From the human T2T-CHM13v2.0 reference genome, Homo sapiens: 64,000 nucleotides of DNA. Position 1 is the stretch's first letter; each line of letters opens with the position of its first letter. Of this stretch, positions 40,406 through 54,280 are shown piece by piece. The translations under genes and the position numbers were made by a program. Location: the NCBI RefSeq assembly GCF_009914755.1, contig NC_060935.1. One strand, given 5' to 3'. The notes under the pieces were generated by a model. The model worked only from the letters and a program-made list of their open reading frames with translations, was not told the origin of the DNA and did no database searches.

Positions 40406-40756
<351 letters not shown>

Positions 40757-41687
40757 AGCCATTATTTCTTTGAATACTTTTTCATACCTCTACTCTTGTA
40801 GTCTCCTTCTGAGACTCCAATGACATGAATGTTAGATGTTTTGTCATAGTTTCACAGGCTCTTAAAGTTTGTTCGTAATTTTTTCAGTCTATTTTCTCTC
40901 TATTGTTCAGATTGGATAATTTCTATTGTTCTGTCCTCTACTTCACTAATTGCTTCCCTCTGTCCATTCTGCTGTTGAGCCCATCCACTGAGATTTTTAT
41001 TTTAGGTATTGTATTTTTTAGTTCTCAGATTTTCATTTGGTTCTTCATTATATCTTCTACATCCTTCCTGAATATTTTATTTCTTTGCTAAGGGCTTTCC
41101 AATTTTTTCATCAAGCATGTTAGTAATTTCTCATTAAAGCACTAAAAAAATTCACAGCTGCTCTAAGATCTTTGTCAGATAATTCTAACATTTCTTCCAT
41201 CTTGGGGTTGGCATCTTTAGATTGTATTTTTTTCATTAAGTTTGAGATTTTCTGGTTCTTCATATGACAAGATATTTTCAATAGAAACTTGGACTTTAAA
41301 CAATTATAAGGCTCTAAATATTACCCAAATCTTCTGTTTAAATTCAATCCCCTCTGGGGAAGGCACTGTTGCCTCATTACTGCTAGGTGGAAGTAGAAGT
41401 ATAGGTTTCCTACTTAGCCTCTGTTGACACCCTATGGGGTTACCCTGTTGCTGCTGGGGTATGGTGAAAGTCTTTATTCTCCACTAGGTCTCCTCTGACA
41501 CCACTCCAGTGAGTAGTGGAAAGATGCCTTATTACTGCTGGGTGGGGGTGAAGGTCCAGAATCCCAGTGTGGTCTCCACTGACACTGCAGGAGGGAGAGG
41601 TAGTTGGCCTCATTACTGTCCAGCAGGGACATAAGTCCCAGCTCTTTCCTTGACTTTTGACATCATCATGCCTGGATGTTAGGGTGC

Positions 41688-42139
41688 TGTAATGATTAAT
41701 TTTAGTGTCAACTCAGCTTGGCTAAGGGATGCCCAGATAGCTGGTAAAGCACCATTTCTGGGTGTGTCTGTAAGGGCATTTCCAGAAAAAATTAGTATTT
41801 AAATTGGTAGACTGAACAAAGAAGATCTGCCTTCACCAATGTGAGCAGGTATCATCCAGTCCATCGAAGGCCTAAATAGGACAAAAAGGCAGGGGAAGCA
41901 CTATTTTCTCTCTTTCTCCTTGAGTTGGGACATCCATCTTCTCCTGCCCTTGGACAGCAGAGCTCCTGATTCTTAGGCCTTTGGACTTGGATTGAATCAT
42001 ACCACCAGCTTTCCTGGTTCCCCAGCTTACAGATGACAGATTGTGTGACTTCTCAGCCTCCTTAATTGTATGAGCCAAAAAATATCTACATGTCTTAAGT
42101 CTATTTGTTCTGTTTCTTTGGAGAACCCTGACTAATATG
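41688..42139 (+). mobile_element. MLT2B solo LTR (ERVL)
   Basis: TGTAATGATTAATTTTAGTGTCAACT..GATGCCCAGATAGCTGGTAAA..TTGGAGAACCCTGACTAATA; exact 5-bp TSD GGTGC. Confidence 0.92.
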
Positions 42140-43744
42140 GGTGCCTTGTTAACAATCTCACATGAATGAAGTCTAGGCTCCCCACTCAACATTTGCTGGC
42201 ATGGGTGGGGATCGGGCCACAGATTGTCTCATGTGGTGTTTGGTTGGGGTGGAGAGGTTATTGTCTAAAATTTCTGTGTTACTAGGATGTTCCTTTTCTG
42301 ATCCTTTATCTAGAAAGAATAGGCTTTTTTGTTGAGGCTTTCTTTTTTTTTTTTTGGTCTGCACCTCTTGGCATTTTCTGGTTGCTCACTTCTTTAGCTC
42401 CATGTCTAGGATATGTGAAACAAAAGTAAAACCCAGGGAACTCATCACCGTGTAATTCCTTGGTTCCAAAGTCTCTGCTGATCTGCCTACTTCTCTCTAT
42501 CTGCCAGACTTTTCTTCCTTTCTTTTTTTTTAAAATAATGTCAAGGTTTTTAGTTACACATAGCAGGAGAAATAGAAGAAAGTATGTTTACTATATCTCC
42601 CCACAAAAGAAAGTCCTCCTCTCTGGGGAGAGATTTTGGATTCAGAAGACATCAGTGGAAGGTCCCAGCTCGAGTGAATAATGGTTGCCTGTGCCATGAA
42701 GCATTCACTGAATACTTTCCTATGAATGCCAGTCATGGGACACTCCAATTACCTCACACATCTGTAGTTCAGATACTGGCCTCTCCACTTGCTTTGGGGA
42801 TTGGCATTGTATCCTCTGCATGGAAGAAAATTTTCAACTGCAAGAGCAGAAGAACTTTCTAATGTTAGCTACTCTCCATTCCCTGGAGAATGTGAACTCT
42901 CCATGTTTGGAAATGTTTTAGCAGGGGCTGAAAGTCCTGGATTAGGAAGGAGATGGCACTTGACAACTTCTGAGGCCTTTATCTTCGTTCTAAGGTTATG
43001 AAACTTTGAGTTTACTTGCTCTTTCTTGAATGAACACCCAGGAGGCAGAGACAAATTTTTCACTTGTCTCATTCAGGTCCTCATGCTAGGCTTTGCAAAC
43101 AGAATGTTCAGTTTGTGTCACTAACAAAGTAATATCTGAGTGGCTGCATAACTGAGGTTCTGAATCCTGAATACAGGATCTAGCTGTGTTCATTCAAACT
43201 AGCTAGACTGAAACACATGGTGGGTAGGTTAGCAGGGTTGGCTCATATCCAGATTATGTTGTAGGCTTGGAGAAGAGTATTGATACCAAACTCTCCAACC
43301 CACCAGCCCTGTATATTACAAAATGCTTAATCAGTGCTAGCAAAGATGGGCTGACTTAAAACTCACAGCACAGCAAATATCCTTAGAGCATGTGCAAGCA
43401 TTAACTTGCCTTGCCACTTTATCCTTGGCTCAGAACAGTTGGTTTCTCCTGGATCTCCTTACAGCATTAGAGCCAGTAGATACCTAGGGCTCAGATTTAA
43501 AAATTTAGAAGTCCATTACGTAGGGAAGAGAGTCAGCTGATGGAGAGAGCTAGATCAGCATTTTTCTTCAGAGTTATGTGCAGACATCAGCTAATTAAAT
43601 AAACCCATTAGGAAGAGAACACTGAAGAATCCTCTCAAGAGCATGGTGCTCATCTGGAGGAAAGAAAGTTTTATGACTAGAAGAGGAATTCAGAGATCTC
43701 TGGGGGAAAGTGTCTCTTCAAAATGATTTCTTCAAAAGAAATAG

Positions 43745-43935
43745 AGAACCTACCATATTCCAGGCACTTTCATATCAGTTATCTCAGTTAAGTCTCATGG
43801 CAACTGGGTTTGTTAGGAAACAGACTTTGAAAGGTTAAGGAATTTCTCTCAAGTTACATAGCTGGCAAGTAGCAGAGCTATGATTTATACCTTGGTTTAT
43901 CTGACTCCAAAGTTTATGCTTCATCATGCCATCAT
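43745..43935 (-). mobile_element. MIR
   Basis: GGAAACAGACTTTGAAAGGTTAAG..CAAGTTACATAGCTGGCAAGTAGCAGAGC..TCTGACTCCAAAG. Confidence 0.8.
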
Positions 43936-44194
43936 TTTGGCTCTGCTAGGAGGAGAGGACCAAAGGCGGAATTTCTTGGAATAGGAATATAGTCCAAGAC
44001 ATAGGAAGATATAAAAAAGAAAAATGATCCTAAAACATTAGGTTTGTGAAAAAAGTATTTAAAAATGTAAAAAGAAAATCAGTGTGTATTTTTTAGATTT
44101 ACATATTTATTGCTTTTTAGTCATCATTTCTTCTTGCATTCTATATCTATTTGTGATCATTTTTCTTTGCATGAAAGATGCTCTTTAGTGAATA

Positions 44195-44992
44195 TGTCAG
44201 CCAAGGTCCAATCAGGAGAAAGAAATCACACATTAATTTGTGCAGGGAAAGTTTAATACAAAGAATAATTAACTATAATGGGGGAATGCAGTAACAAGGG
44301 ATTTGCAGTAAGTAGTAAAGAGAACTTTAAGAGGAATAGCAGCTATAGAAAGCAATCACCACTCCTACAAGCTGAGATAGAGCATCCAAAGAATGAGCTC
44401 CGCAGGGCTGAGACCCAGACCTTGTTAGAAAAAAGCATGATTATGGCTCACTGAATGGCAGAAAAATTGCTGTGGTTCTACACTGGAAGAACTTGCTAAA
44501 AATATGTCCTCTAGGTTGCCAGGGAAAGCTATTATTCATCAGGAGCTATTGCCAGAGGTGCTCCACCATGAAACCACCAAAGGGAGTAGTTGGAGGAAGC
44601 TGTTGTCTGCTGGGTGATGCTGATTGCCATGCACTGGAGGAGGCTGGTGCTGGGCTTACTCACGGAGCTTTCTGGGAGGTCAGGAATTGGAATCAGCACG
44701 GAAAATCCCTATGTCCTGCAATATCCCTCCAGTACATTCTATTGACCATAACATGATACCAGCTTAATGTGATGCCAGCTGGCAAAGAAAAAATATTTAA
44801 AGACCTTCTCTCTACCTTTACCTGGCCTCAAGTGATCCTCCCACCTGGACCTCTCAAAGTACTGAGATTACAGGCATGAACCACTGTGCCTGGCCAAACA
44901 TAGACTGTCACACAAAGCTCCTGTATAGGGGTATACAGGAGCAGAGCAGGACAAATTTGTATCTGAGAGACAATAAATTGATAGCTGGCATA
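44195..44992 (-). mobile_element. ERVL solo LTR (LTR52/LTR41-like) with an internal insertion
   Basis: TGTCAGCCAAGGTCCAATCAGGAGAAAGAAATCACAC..CAGGGAAAGTTTAATACAAAGAAT; end CTGAGAGACAATAAATTGATAGCTGGCA. Confidence 0.65.
44822..44895 (-). mobile_element. Isolated 5' ~74 nt of an Alu, no tail
   Basis: CTGGCCTCAAGTGATCCTCCCACC..AAAGTACTGAGATTACAGGCATGAACCACTGTGCCTGGCC. Confidence 0.88.
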
Positions 44993-45212
44993 CTGAAGGT
45001 CTTCTGATAACACCTGTCTCTAAGAATTTCACCCCCAGTCTTGATGGGTGAAATTTTGCTGGGTGTACAATTTATTTTTTTCTCAGCATATGAAGACTTC
45101 CTTCCATTGTCTTTAGGTTGTTATTTGTCTTTTTTTCCTGGTTCTTTTAAAGACATTTTCTTTGCTTTTGCTGTTTTGCAGATTTACTGTGATATGTCTA
45201 GGGATGGATTTT

Positions 45213-45513
45213 ATTTATTTATTTATTTTTTAACAGAGTGTCATTCTGTCATCCAGGCTAGAGTGCAGTGGCACAGTCTTGGCTCACTGCAACCTTTGCC
45301 TCCTGGATTCAAGCGATTCTCATGCCTTAGCCTCCCGAGTAGCTGAAATTACAGGTGTATGCCACCACGCCTGGCTAATTTTTTGGTATTTTTAGTACAG
45401 ACAGAGTTTCACCATGTTGCTCAGGCTAGTCTCGAATTCCTGACCTCAAATGATCCACTTGCCTTGGCGTCCCAAAGTCCTGAGATTACAGGCAGGAGCC
45501 ACAGCACCTGGCT
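45213..45513 (-). mobile_element. AluSx-like
   Basis: Full reverse Alu with (TTTA)n tail; TSD TGTCTAGGGAT.. Confidence 0.94.
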
Positions 45514-45533
45514 CTTGTCTAGGGATAAATGTT

Positions 45534-45828
45534 TTTTTTTTTTTTTTTTTTTTTTTTGAGACAGAGTTTTGTTCTTTTTGCCCAGGCTGGAGTACAATGG
45601 CGCAATCTCAGCTCCCCTTCCCAGGTTCAACCGATTCTCCTGCCTCAGCCTCCCGAGTAGCTGGGATTACAGGCATATGGCACCATGCCCGGCTAATTTT
45701 GTATTTTTAGTAGAGGCAGGGTTTCTCCATGTTGGTCTGGGTGGTCTCCAATTCCTGACCTCAGGTAATACGCCCGCCTCGGCCTCCCAAACTGCTGGGA
45801 TTACAGGCGTGAGCTACTGCGCCTGGCC
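45534..45828 (-). mobile_element. AluSp
   Basis: GGGTTTCTCCATGTTGGTC and GAGTTTTGTTCTTTTTGCCCAGG are Sp-type; small internal deletion. Confidence 0.92.
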
Positions 45829-47327
45829 TAGGGATGGATTTTTAAAAAATTATTCTGCCTGGAATTCACTTAATCTGAAGATTAATGTCTTTTTAGTCTC
45901 AGAAAAATCTCAGCCATTCATTCTTCGAATAATATTTCTCCTCTACATCTCTCTCTTCTTCTTCTTTTGAAACTTTGGTTAGATGTAAGTTAGACCTTCT
46001 TGCTTTAGCCTCAATGTCTCTTGACCTCTCTTTCATATTTTCAAAAAATTTTTTTAATTCTATGTTGCATTTTTGGGTGTTTTAAAAAATTTGCCTTAGA
46101 GTTGACAAAATCTCTCTCTTTAGGTATATCTAATAATGTTACCTCCATTCATTGACTTTTGATTTCAATTATTACATTTTTTGTTTGTAGATGGTATCTT
46201 TGGTTCTTTTTTCAAATCTATTTGGTCATGTTTATAGTTCAGTATTGATTTCTCATTTTTATTTCTAAACATATCCATCATTTTGTATTTTATGTCAGAT
46301 AATTCTAATATCTGAAGTCTTTATGGGTATGATGAGGCTGGTGCTGTTTCTGCTGGCTTTTGCTCAGGTATCATGTTTCCTTGTGTGTTACGCTTTTTTG
46401 AGTATAAACACACATCTTTTTTAACTATATAGGAATTATTTGAGGCCTGGGTTGGAAATGAGTTTCTCTAGAAAGAATTTGTATTTGTTTCCAGTAGCCT
46501 CCTGGGCACTATTAAACTGGAACTGTTTCAAGCTTGAGGTTTTATGGACAATCTGGGTAATATCAATTTGAGCTTCAAATCCCCTTTGTGGCCTGAGTTT
46601 GTAGTTGCAATTCTCAGATGTTTTTGTTCTGTCCACCTAGCAGCCAGATTCTGAGGTAGTCAACTTTCTTTGCTGTTCCCTCTTGTGAGAGGGTGGGCTG
46701 TTATTTCAACTTCAGCCTTACACTGAGAATAAGGCTTTGAGTTCCTAGCTTTAAACGCAGGTGGTGGTTCTCCTATTAGACTCTCCGCTTTAAATGGGCC
46801 ATAGTCTATGTCTCTTGTTTCCTATAAACTGCTAGGTCATGAATACTGAAGCTCATGGTCACCTGGGTTTGGCAGATGCCCACAAAGGAAAGTTGATTTC
46901 AACATTCTCTCTAGGCTTTCTACCTTTACTTAGTTTTTGGCCTCTGAAAATTGTTTACTTTTTTTAAACTCAATTATTTCTATACTTTAGGGTGGTTGGA
47001 GGGTTTGTCAGAATACCTAGTTTGCTATGTACCAGAGATAGTAGTTTGATCTAGTCTACATATAATGCCACATTTAGTACTCATGATAATCTTGGGATTA
47101 TTAATCATTTGTCCCAGGAAATGGAGACTCATGGAAGTTACAGAGCTAGCAAATGGCAGAGCAGTAATGGAACGTAAATCTACATCTTCTGGCTCCTCTT
47201 CAACCTTTGTTCTCTCTACCACACTACTCTGGTTCCCTGGTTTTTCTCTCTTTATTTAATGCAAATTCCAGGACTCCTTGGGATTTGGGCTATTCCTAAA
47301 GCCCAGAAGTGCATTAAGAATTCTAGA

Positions 47328-47612
47328 GGCTGGCCTAGTATGGTGGCTTACACCTGTAATCCCAGCATTTTGGGAGGCTGAGGTGGGAGGATTGTTTGAG
47401 CCCAGGAATTTGAAACCATCTTCGGCAACATAGGGAGACCTCATCTCTACAAAAAACAAAAAGAAAAAGAAAAAAAGAAAAATGAGGTGGGAGGATCACT
47501 TGAGCCCTGGGGGGTCAAGACTGCAATGAGCCATGGTTGTGCCACTGCATTCTCTCCTGGGTGACAGAGAAAGACCTTGCGTTAAAAAAACAAACAAACA
47601 AACCAAAAAAAA
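47328..47612 (+). mobile_element. AluJ lacking the start of the right monomer
   Basis: GGGAGGATTGTTTGAGCCCAGG; long A-rich linker jumps to TGAGGTGGGAGGATCACTTGAGCCC. Confidence 0.92.
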
Positions 47613-48101
47613 GTATGTTTATTGCAGTACTATTCACAATAGCAAAGACTTGGAAGCAACCCAAATGCCCATCAAGATAGACTGGATAAAGAGAAAGTGG
47701 CACATATACACCACTGAATACTGTGCAACCATAAAAAAGGATTAGTTCATGTCCTTTGCAGGAATATGGATGAAGCTGGAAACCATCATTCTCAGCAAAC
47801 TAACACGGGCACAGAAAACCAAACACCGCATGTTCTCACTCATAAGTGGGAGTTGAACAGTGAAAACACATGGACACGGGGAGGGGAACATCACACACCA
47901 GGGCCTGTCAGGGGGTGAGGGGTTAGGAGAGGGATAGCATTAGGAGAAATACCAATGTAGATGACAGGTTAATGGGTGCAGCAATCCACCATGGCACATG
48001 TATACCTATGTAACAAACCTGCACGTTCTGCACAGGTATCCCAGAACTTAAAGTATAATTAAAAAAAAACACAACAAAACAAACAAAGAAACAAACAAAA
48101 C
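47613..48101 (+). mobile_element. 5'-truncated L1PA6/7-like 3' end, probably inserted in the AluJ tail
   Basis: GTATGTTTATTGCAG..GAAGCTGGAAACCATCATTCTCAGCAAACTAACAC..CCCAGAACTTAAAGTATAAT then an A-rich tail. Confidence 0.95.
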
Positions 48102-48774
48102 AGGAATTCCAGAAGAGTATTGCTTTAACTGTCCTCTCACTTGACCAGACATAGTTCAGCTTCTCCTGAGGATTCTATTCAAGTGGAAGATCCAGCTAAG
48201 ACTGGACAGACTGACTAAGTGGAGCACCGTAATTGTAGCCCATGTGTTCCTGGAGATCTGTACAGAATGAGGGAGCAAAGTCTCATCTTCAGGCATTTTC
48301 TACTTCATATGGCATATAGAATGTGCTTGCACTTGTAGAGTCCCTTTGGGAATAATGTACTCTCTAGGAGCAGTCCCCCTTTCTGACAAGGCCTCTCTCT
48401 CTTTCTTTCTCCCTTTCTCTTACCAGAGACTTCAGGATAAACTCCAGGGATTGAGTGCTGGTGTCAAATAAACTTCAACATGGGAAACATCGGAAGAATA
48501 CATTCTGCACTTCTTCCAGACTTGGAAAGAACTGGGGCCAATTAAAAGTGAACTTTTAAGAGAAATGAACATCTTGCATGCCAGGTTTCAGCTGAATGTC
48601 ACTGCAATTGCCTAAATTATAACTATCAGAAAAAATTCATTCTAATTATGGAAATGCCATTAGGAGGAGTTCCTTCTGCCTGGAACCAGCTTACAGGATG
48701 ATTACCACCCACCCCTACCCCCCCTACCTCTATCCCATCTCTCAACAGCAATTCTATATTTCAGAAGGAGAAAA

Positions 48775-49015
48775 GGCAATGTGTTAGAGTGAAAAGAAAA
48801 TGTATACCATACAGGATGTAGATTTGGATCCTAACTCCACTATTTATTGGCTAAGTGACCTTGGGCAAAGCAATTTACTTCTCTGATCCTCAGTTTCCAT
48901 ATTTAAAATGAGGATATTAATATCTACTCCACCAGTTTGTTGTGAAGATTAAACAATAAGAGATGGCATATACTAAAGTATGCAACACCTAGCCTGGCAC
49001 GTATTGGATTGCTCA
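48775..49015 (+). mobile_element. MIR
   Basis: GTGACCTTGGGCAAAGCAATTTACTTCTCTGATCCTCAGTTTCC. Confidence 0.85.
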
Positions 49016-49951
49016 CTGGAGTGGGGCAGGGGTGGAGGGACAAGGATAATTGTTAGGAGACTGCGGAGAGAGCTCTGATACCACACACTGAGATGCTACT
49101 CTTTGGTGCCTGCAGGGTTGGATGGCAAACTCCACGCAGGAGGAGATGAAGACAAAGACCTGGATCTTCCCATAGAATCTTGGGGCTTTCTCCTTCTTCC
49201 TCCTGAAAGATTTCCATTCTGTGATCTTGGTAATATCTATTAATAGTTTGACCTCATGAGGGGTAGCAGTGTTTCTCTGCTATTGCAGAGCATCCTATGC
49301 CCCATAGTTTGGATCAATCTTTTCCAACAGGTGGACCTTGGACCCTGATAGTTGGGAAATGAGGATTTATTGCAAAGAGTTCCATAGATCCGTACACTCA
49401 CCAAGCATTGCCTATAAACGAGTATATTTTGAAATTATGTATTCACTTATATTTCAAATGTATATAGATGCTCTTTTGAACAAGAAAATACTTAAGACCG
49501 GTAGTTGCTTCAGGGATGTATTTTGGAATTGTGTTTTCTCAGTCAATGAATACTAAAAGCACAACTACTTGTGTGATTGTGGGCCTGATAATTTTTTGTA
49601 TTTCATGTGAAAGGGTTATAAATACCCACGGGTCTGATGAAGGACTTACATTTTGGTAAGCTAACATCCCTCTCTGCTCTCTGCACTCTTCCATTTCCTC
49701 AACCTACCAGGCAGGTGTTGAGGAAGGTGACATTACTACCTTCCAAGAGGCATCTTTCTGAAGGACACCTATGTCCTAGCTATGCTACTAGCTGTTTATC
49801 TGCACCCCTGGAGGCCTCATTAGCTGGGTTTTAAGTGCTTGGGCCATTAATTGTAATCTTTTCCCCTACTCTCTTTGTGAGCTCCTAGGGTATTTTATTT
49901 GCCCCCAGGGTTCTGAAATTTCCCTTCTATGTATGCTTTAGAGTGACTGAC

Positions 49952-50436
49952 TGTATTAGTCTGTTTTTGTGCCACAATAAAGGAATACCTGAGACTCGGT
50001 AATTTATAAAAGAAAGAGGTTTAATTGGCTCATGTTTCTACAGGCTGTACAGGAAGCATGGCACTAGCATCTGCTTAGCTTCTGGTGAGGCCTTGGGGAG
50101 CTTTTACTCATGGTGGAGATGAAGTAGGAGTAGCTATGTTACATGATGAGTGTGAAAGCAAGAAAGAGAGAAGGGGTTAGCAACACACAATAGACTAAGA
50201 AAAAATAATTAAAAAGAGAAAGAGAGAGAGACAGAAGGGGGAGGTCCCAGTTTCCCTTAAACAACCAGATGTCACATGGACTGAGCGAGAACTCATCACC
50301 AAGAGGATGGTGTGCTAAACCATTCGTGAAGGATCCACCCCTGTGATCCAATCATCTCCCACCAGGCCCTACCTCCATCTCTGGGAAACACATTTCAACA
50401 AAGGATTTGGAGGGAACAAACATCCAAACCATATGA
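49952..50436 (-). mobile_element. MSTA/MSTB solo LTR (MaLR)
   Basis: TGTATTAGTCTGTTTT..ATAAAGGAATACCTGAGACT..CAGGCTGTACAGGAAGCATGG..CATCCAAACCATAT; TSD CTGAC / GTGAC. Confidence 0.92.
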
Positions 50437-50439
50437 GTG

Positions 50440-51030
50440 ACTATTTTCATCCACTGTGCTGGGTACTCAATGGGCCTTTTCACTCTAGAAATCCATGTCC
50501 TTCAGCTCCATAATATTTTCTTGAACTTATGTTTAGTGTCTGTCTCTCTACCATTTTATCCTTTCTACGTCTAGAATTCCTATTTTTCAGTGACTGGATT
50601 GTCTGAGTTGATCTTTTAATTTTTTAAATCTTTTCTCTCCCTCATTTTCCATCTCCTTATCTTTTTGCTTTGCTTTCTGGGTTATCTATTCAATTTTATC
50701 TTCCAGCTTTTGTATTGAATCGTTCATTTTTCCTAACAGGTTTCTGTTACTTTCTAAGAGTGCTTTTTGTGTGTTGTCTTCTGAATATTGCTTTTTAATA
50801 GCATGCTGTTCTAATCTAACGAATTCAAAATCTTTAGATACTTCCTCAGGGTTAATAGCAATAGATTTTTTGATGTTTTTTCCCTGTATAGTCTCTGCTT
50901 TTCTCAAATTGCTTTTCCCCATCTGCTTTCGTCTGTCTCCAGGCTAGAGGCATTCCTCACATGTTTGGGGATCCTCGTCTGTGTGTGTATGGTTGGGATT
51001 CACCACCCCTAGGCCTCAGTGTGGGGTAAC
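50440..51030 (-). mobile_element. Old L1M ORF1-region relic
   Basis: TCCACTGTGCTGGGTACTCAATGGGCCTTTTCA; ORF 50686-50922 ends KMNDSIQKLEDKIE, resembling the ORF1p coiled coil. Confidence 0.65.
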
Positions 51031-51034
51031 TTTG

Positions 51035-51813
<779 letters not shown>

Positions 51814-52329
51814 CCCTAGAGGCTAGAGAGGGTGCTCCAGTGGGGATGGGTGGTCCTCCAGCTTGGGGCTGGGTCTCTGCCTCATAAATAGACCTCGAGC
51901 CATGTTCCCATTTGAGACCATTATTGGGCCTTTGAGACTTCTGTGGGGGCAGATCCTGTGGTTGTTGGCTTTGTTTACCATACTCACCTTGAATCCAGTT
52001 GAATCTTTGGGCTTGCTTGTCAACCACCAAGTGATGGTTTGCTTCTAGGTTTCTGAAAGTTTATTGCTATTGACTCTTCACCTTTAATCTTTGTCCTTGG
52101 GATATATATATCATTTACTGTTGCCTTAGTGGGGTTTCAGGAGGGAGCAGAGATAAAAACACATGTCTTCAATCCATCATCTTGAACTGGAAATCCTAAA
52201 TATCTTTTGATTCCTTCTTTTGATCCCTCCTACTTTTGTATCCTCATGGTTTCCTGAGAGGAAGGTTGTGTCTGCCTCTGCCAGTGAGAGCCCCAGACCA
52301 CGTCCAGCCTCTCCCCAGGGTAAGCTCTC

Positions 52330-53000
52330 TTCTAGGCTGCAGATCTGATTCTGTTGCTTCTCTCTTTAAAATCCTTCACCAGCTTTCAACATGTAAATAA
52401 AACACTCAAGCTCCTTAGCATGACAAAGATTCCCTATGGGGTGACCCCTTTGTACCTCCCTACTGTATCTGCTACTACTCTCCAAATTCCATCTTCCATC
52501 ATCCCAGGGACAGAGCAACTCACATACAAGCTACCATTGACGCCTCTGCTTTGCCCATGCTGTTCCCTCCACTCCCCACCTTCTCCGCTGGGCTAACTTC
52601 CCATCTAGCCTGGGTGTCCTGCCCACAATAACAAGAGTGGCCAGTACATACAGCTTGTGACAGGCACTCTTCTGGGCCCTTTTACGTATTTCAGCTCATC
52701 GCTGCTATCCTCATTTTCTATGTGAAGAAAGAGAGGCACAGAGAAATTCGATGACTCTCCCAAGTGAACCAACAAGTTGGAGTTTGAACTCTAGAGTTGC
52801 TGGCTGTGTGTGTATGAAAGGTACCCTGAACGTTTACCATGCTATAGTGGCTGGCTCACCATTCTATCATCCCTACTGGACTGGGAGCTGTCTGAGGCCA
52901 GGGTCCAGGTCTTTTTTTTCTTCTTTTTAGAAATTTGTATCATAAATGCCTAGCACAGGTCCTGGCATACAGTAGGTACTCAAAATATATTTGTTGAACA
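52330..53000 (+). mobile_element. L2 3' region with an embedded minus-strand MIR (about 52630-52800)
   Basis: TTAAAATCCTTCACCAGCTT; GCCTAGCACAGGTCCTGGCATACAGTAGGTACTCAAAATATATTTGTTGAA. Confidence 0.75.
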
Positions 53001-54049
53001 GACTTGCCATTCCTAATTGTCTAATTGTGGCCCCTCTCAGCTTCTCTCCTGTGCATGCTACAGTCCCATAGGCAAGGTTTTCTGGCCAATTCCCTTTTCA
53101 TGGTAGTTACTCAGAAAATCATGACTGTCAGTTCCTAACGGTATTGAAAGGGAAAAAAGACCCATCAAAAGACATGGTGAGCAGCTTCCCAAGCATTTGC
53201 TTAAACATGTTTTGTGTGCTTTTGGAATGGTAGTCATATTATTAGTGGTATTATTATTTTAAGAAATCACTGGTTTAAATCATCACAGAGGCTTAAATGA
53301 TGTGGAAAATTCTAATGATTTTCCTTTGATGAAAAGATTTTTTCCCCATACTTAGCATAATCTTCCTTTGAATTATGCCAGGAAATCTTAAAACCGTAGC
53401 TAGTTTTTTTTTTTTTTCCTCTCTCATTGCAATTTTCCTCTTTTTGGATGCAGGTCAATGAACCATGGGATGGAAGGAGGTTTTTCCAAGCATGATGGGG
53501 AGGCTCTGCAAGAGGCAGCTTGGGTGCAGAAAGCCCCAAAGTTTGTGAGCTGGGGAGCTAGGAGCCATGGGAGAAAGCAAACTAGCCAGGGCACAGGCAC
53601 AGCTTGCCAAAAGCTGTCCTGGCCTCAGAGCTTGGTTCTAGGGAGGACAGATACTGGTATCAAGAGGTTTGCCTGTAAGTGGTCCTATCCCAGGATAACG
53701 ATGGAAGAATCAAGTCAGGATGGCTCCAGAGTTTTCATGTTGGAAGGCTTTAGGGGGTGACAACTTGGCTAAAACAAGATCGAAGCTGTTCTTGCAATAT
53801 ACATAGAACTAAGAAGAGTGTAATAGTTCAAATTAAAGTCGGGGGGCAGTTGGCAGAGTGAAACTCTGATCATCCTATCTAAATAGCAACCCCCATTACT
53901 CCTTCCCTCTAGACTACTTTTGTTTTTCTTCCTAGCCCTTCTGAACAAATGATGGAAGGGATAAGGCCTCTCACTACTCCCTTCCCTGGTGAGGCAGGCC
54001 TGGTACTGTCACTAGCCGGATGGTGCTGCCCCAGGTGTGGCAAGATAGG

Positions 54050-54280
54050 GTAGCACTTATAATCGTGGACTCTGGAGGCAGGCAGATCTGAGTGCTAGTT
54101 CTGGCCCTGGCATGTATTAGCTGTGTGACACTGGGGATTCTACTCTTGGCTTCTTGGTTTCCTCATCCATGAAATGTGGATGACCTCTTGGGGTTGTTTG
54201 GAGGATTAAATGAGATTCTAATGTGTGTAAAGCATTCAGCAGGGTGCTTGGTGGCATATGGTAAGCTCTTGTTATTACTA
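54050..54280 (+). mobile_element. MIR
   Basis: GGACTCTGGAGGCAGGCAGATCTG..TAGCTGTGTGAC..GGTTTCCTCATCC..GAGGATTAAATGAGAT. Confidence 0.85.

Larger units (their letters stand above)
45000..47020 (-). mobile_element. Ancient L1ME 5'/ORF1 relic with two nested Alus
   Basis: GAAAAATCTCAGCCATT, GTTAGACCTTCT, GTCAGATAATTCTAATATCTGAAGTC. Confidence 0.7.

Noticed and set aside
47316-48113. AluJ fused to an L1PA 3' end inside one degenerate TSD (AAGAATTCTAGA / AGGAATTCCAGA), suggesting a template-switch chimera
   Set aside because: AluJ is much older than L1PA6/7, and both A/CAAA tails are similar, so L1 insertion into the Alu tail is simpler
49315-49660. Isolated splice-like signals (CTTTTCCAACAG|G at 49330, GGTAAG at 49654; similar at 10271 and 63040)
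   Set aside because: No consistent exon chain or coding frame; a lncRNA exon cannot be supported or excluded without transcript data
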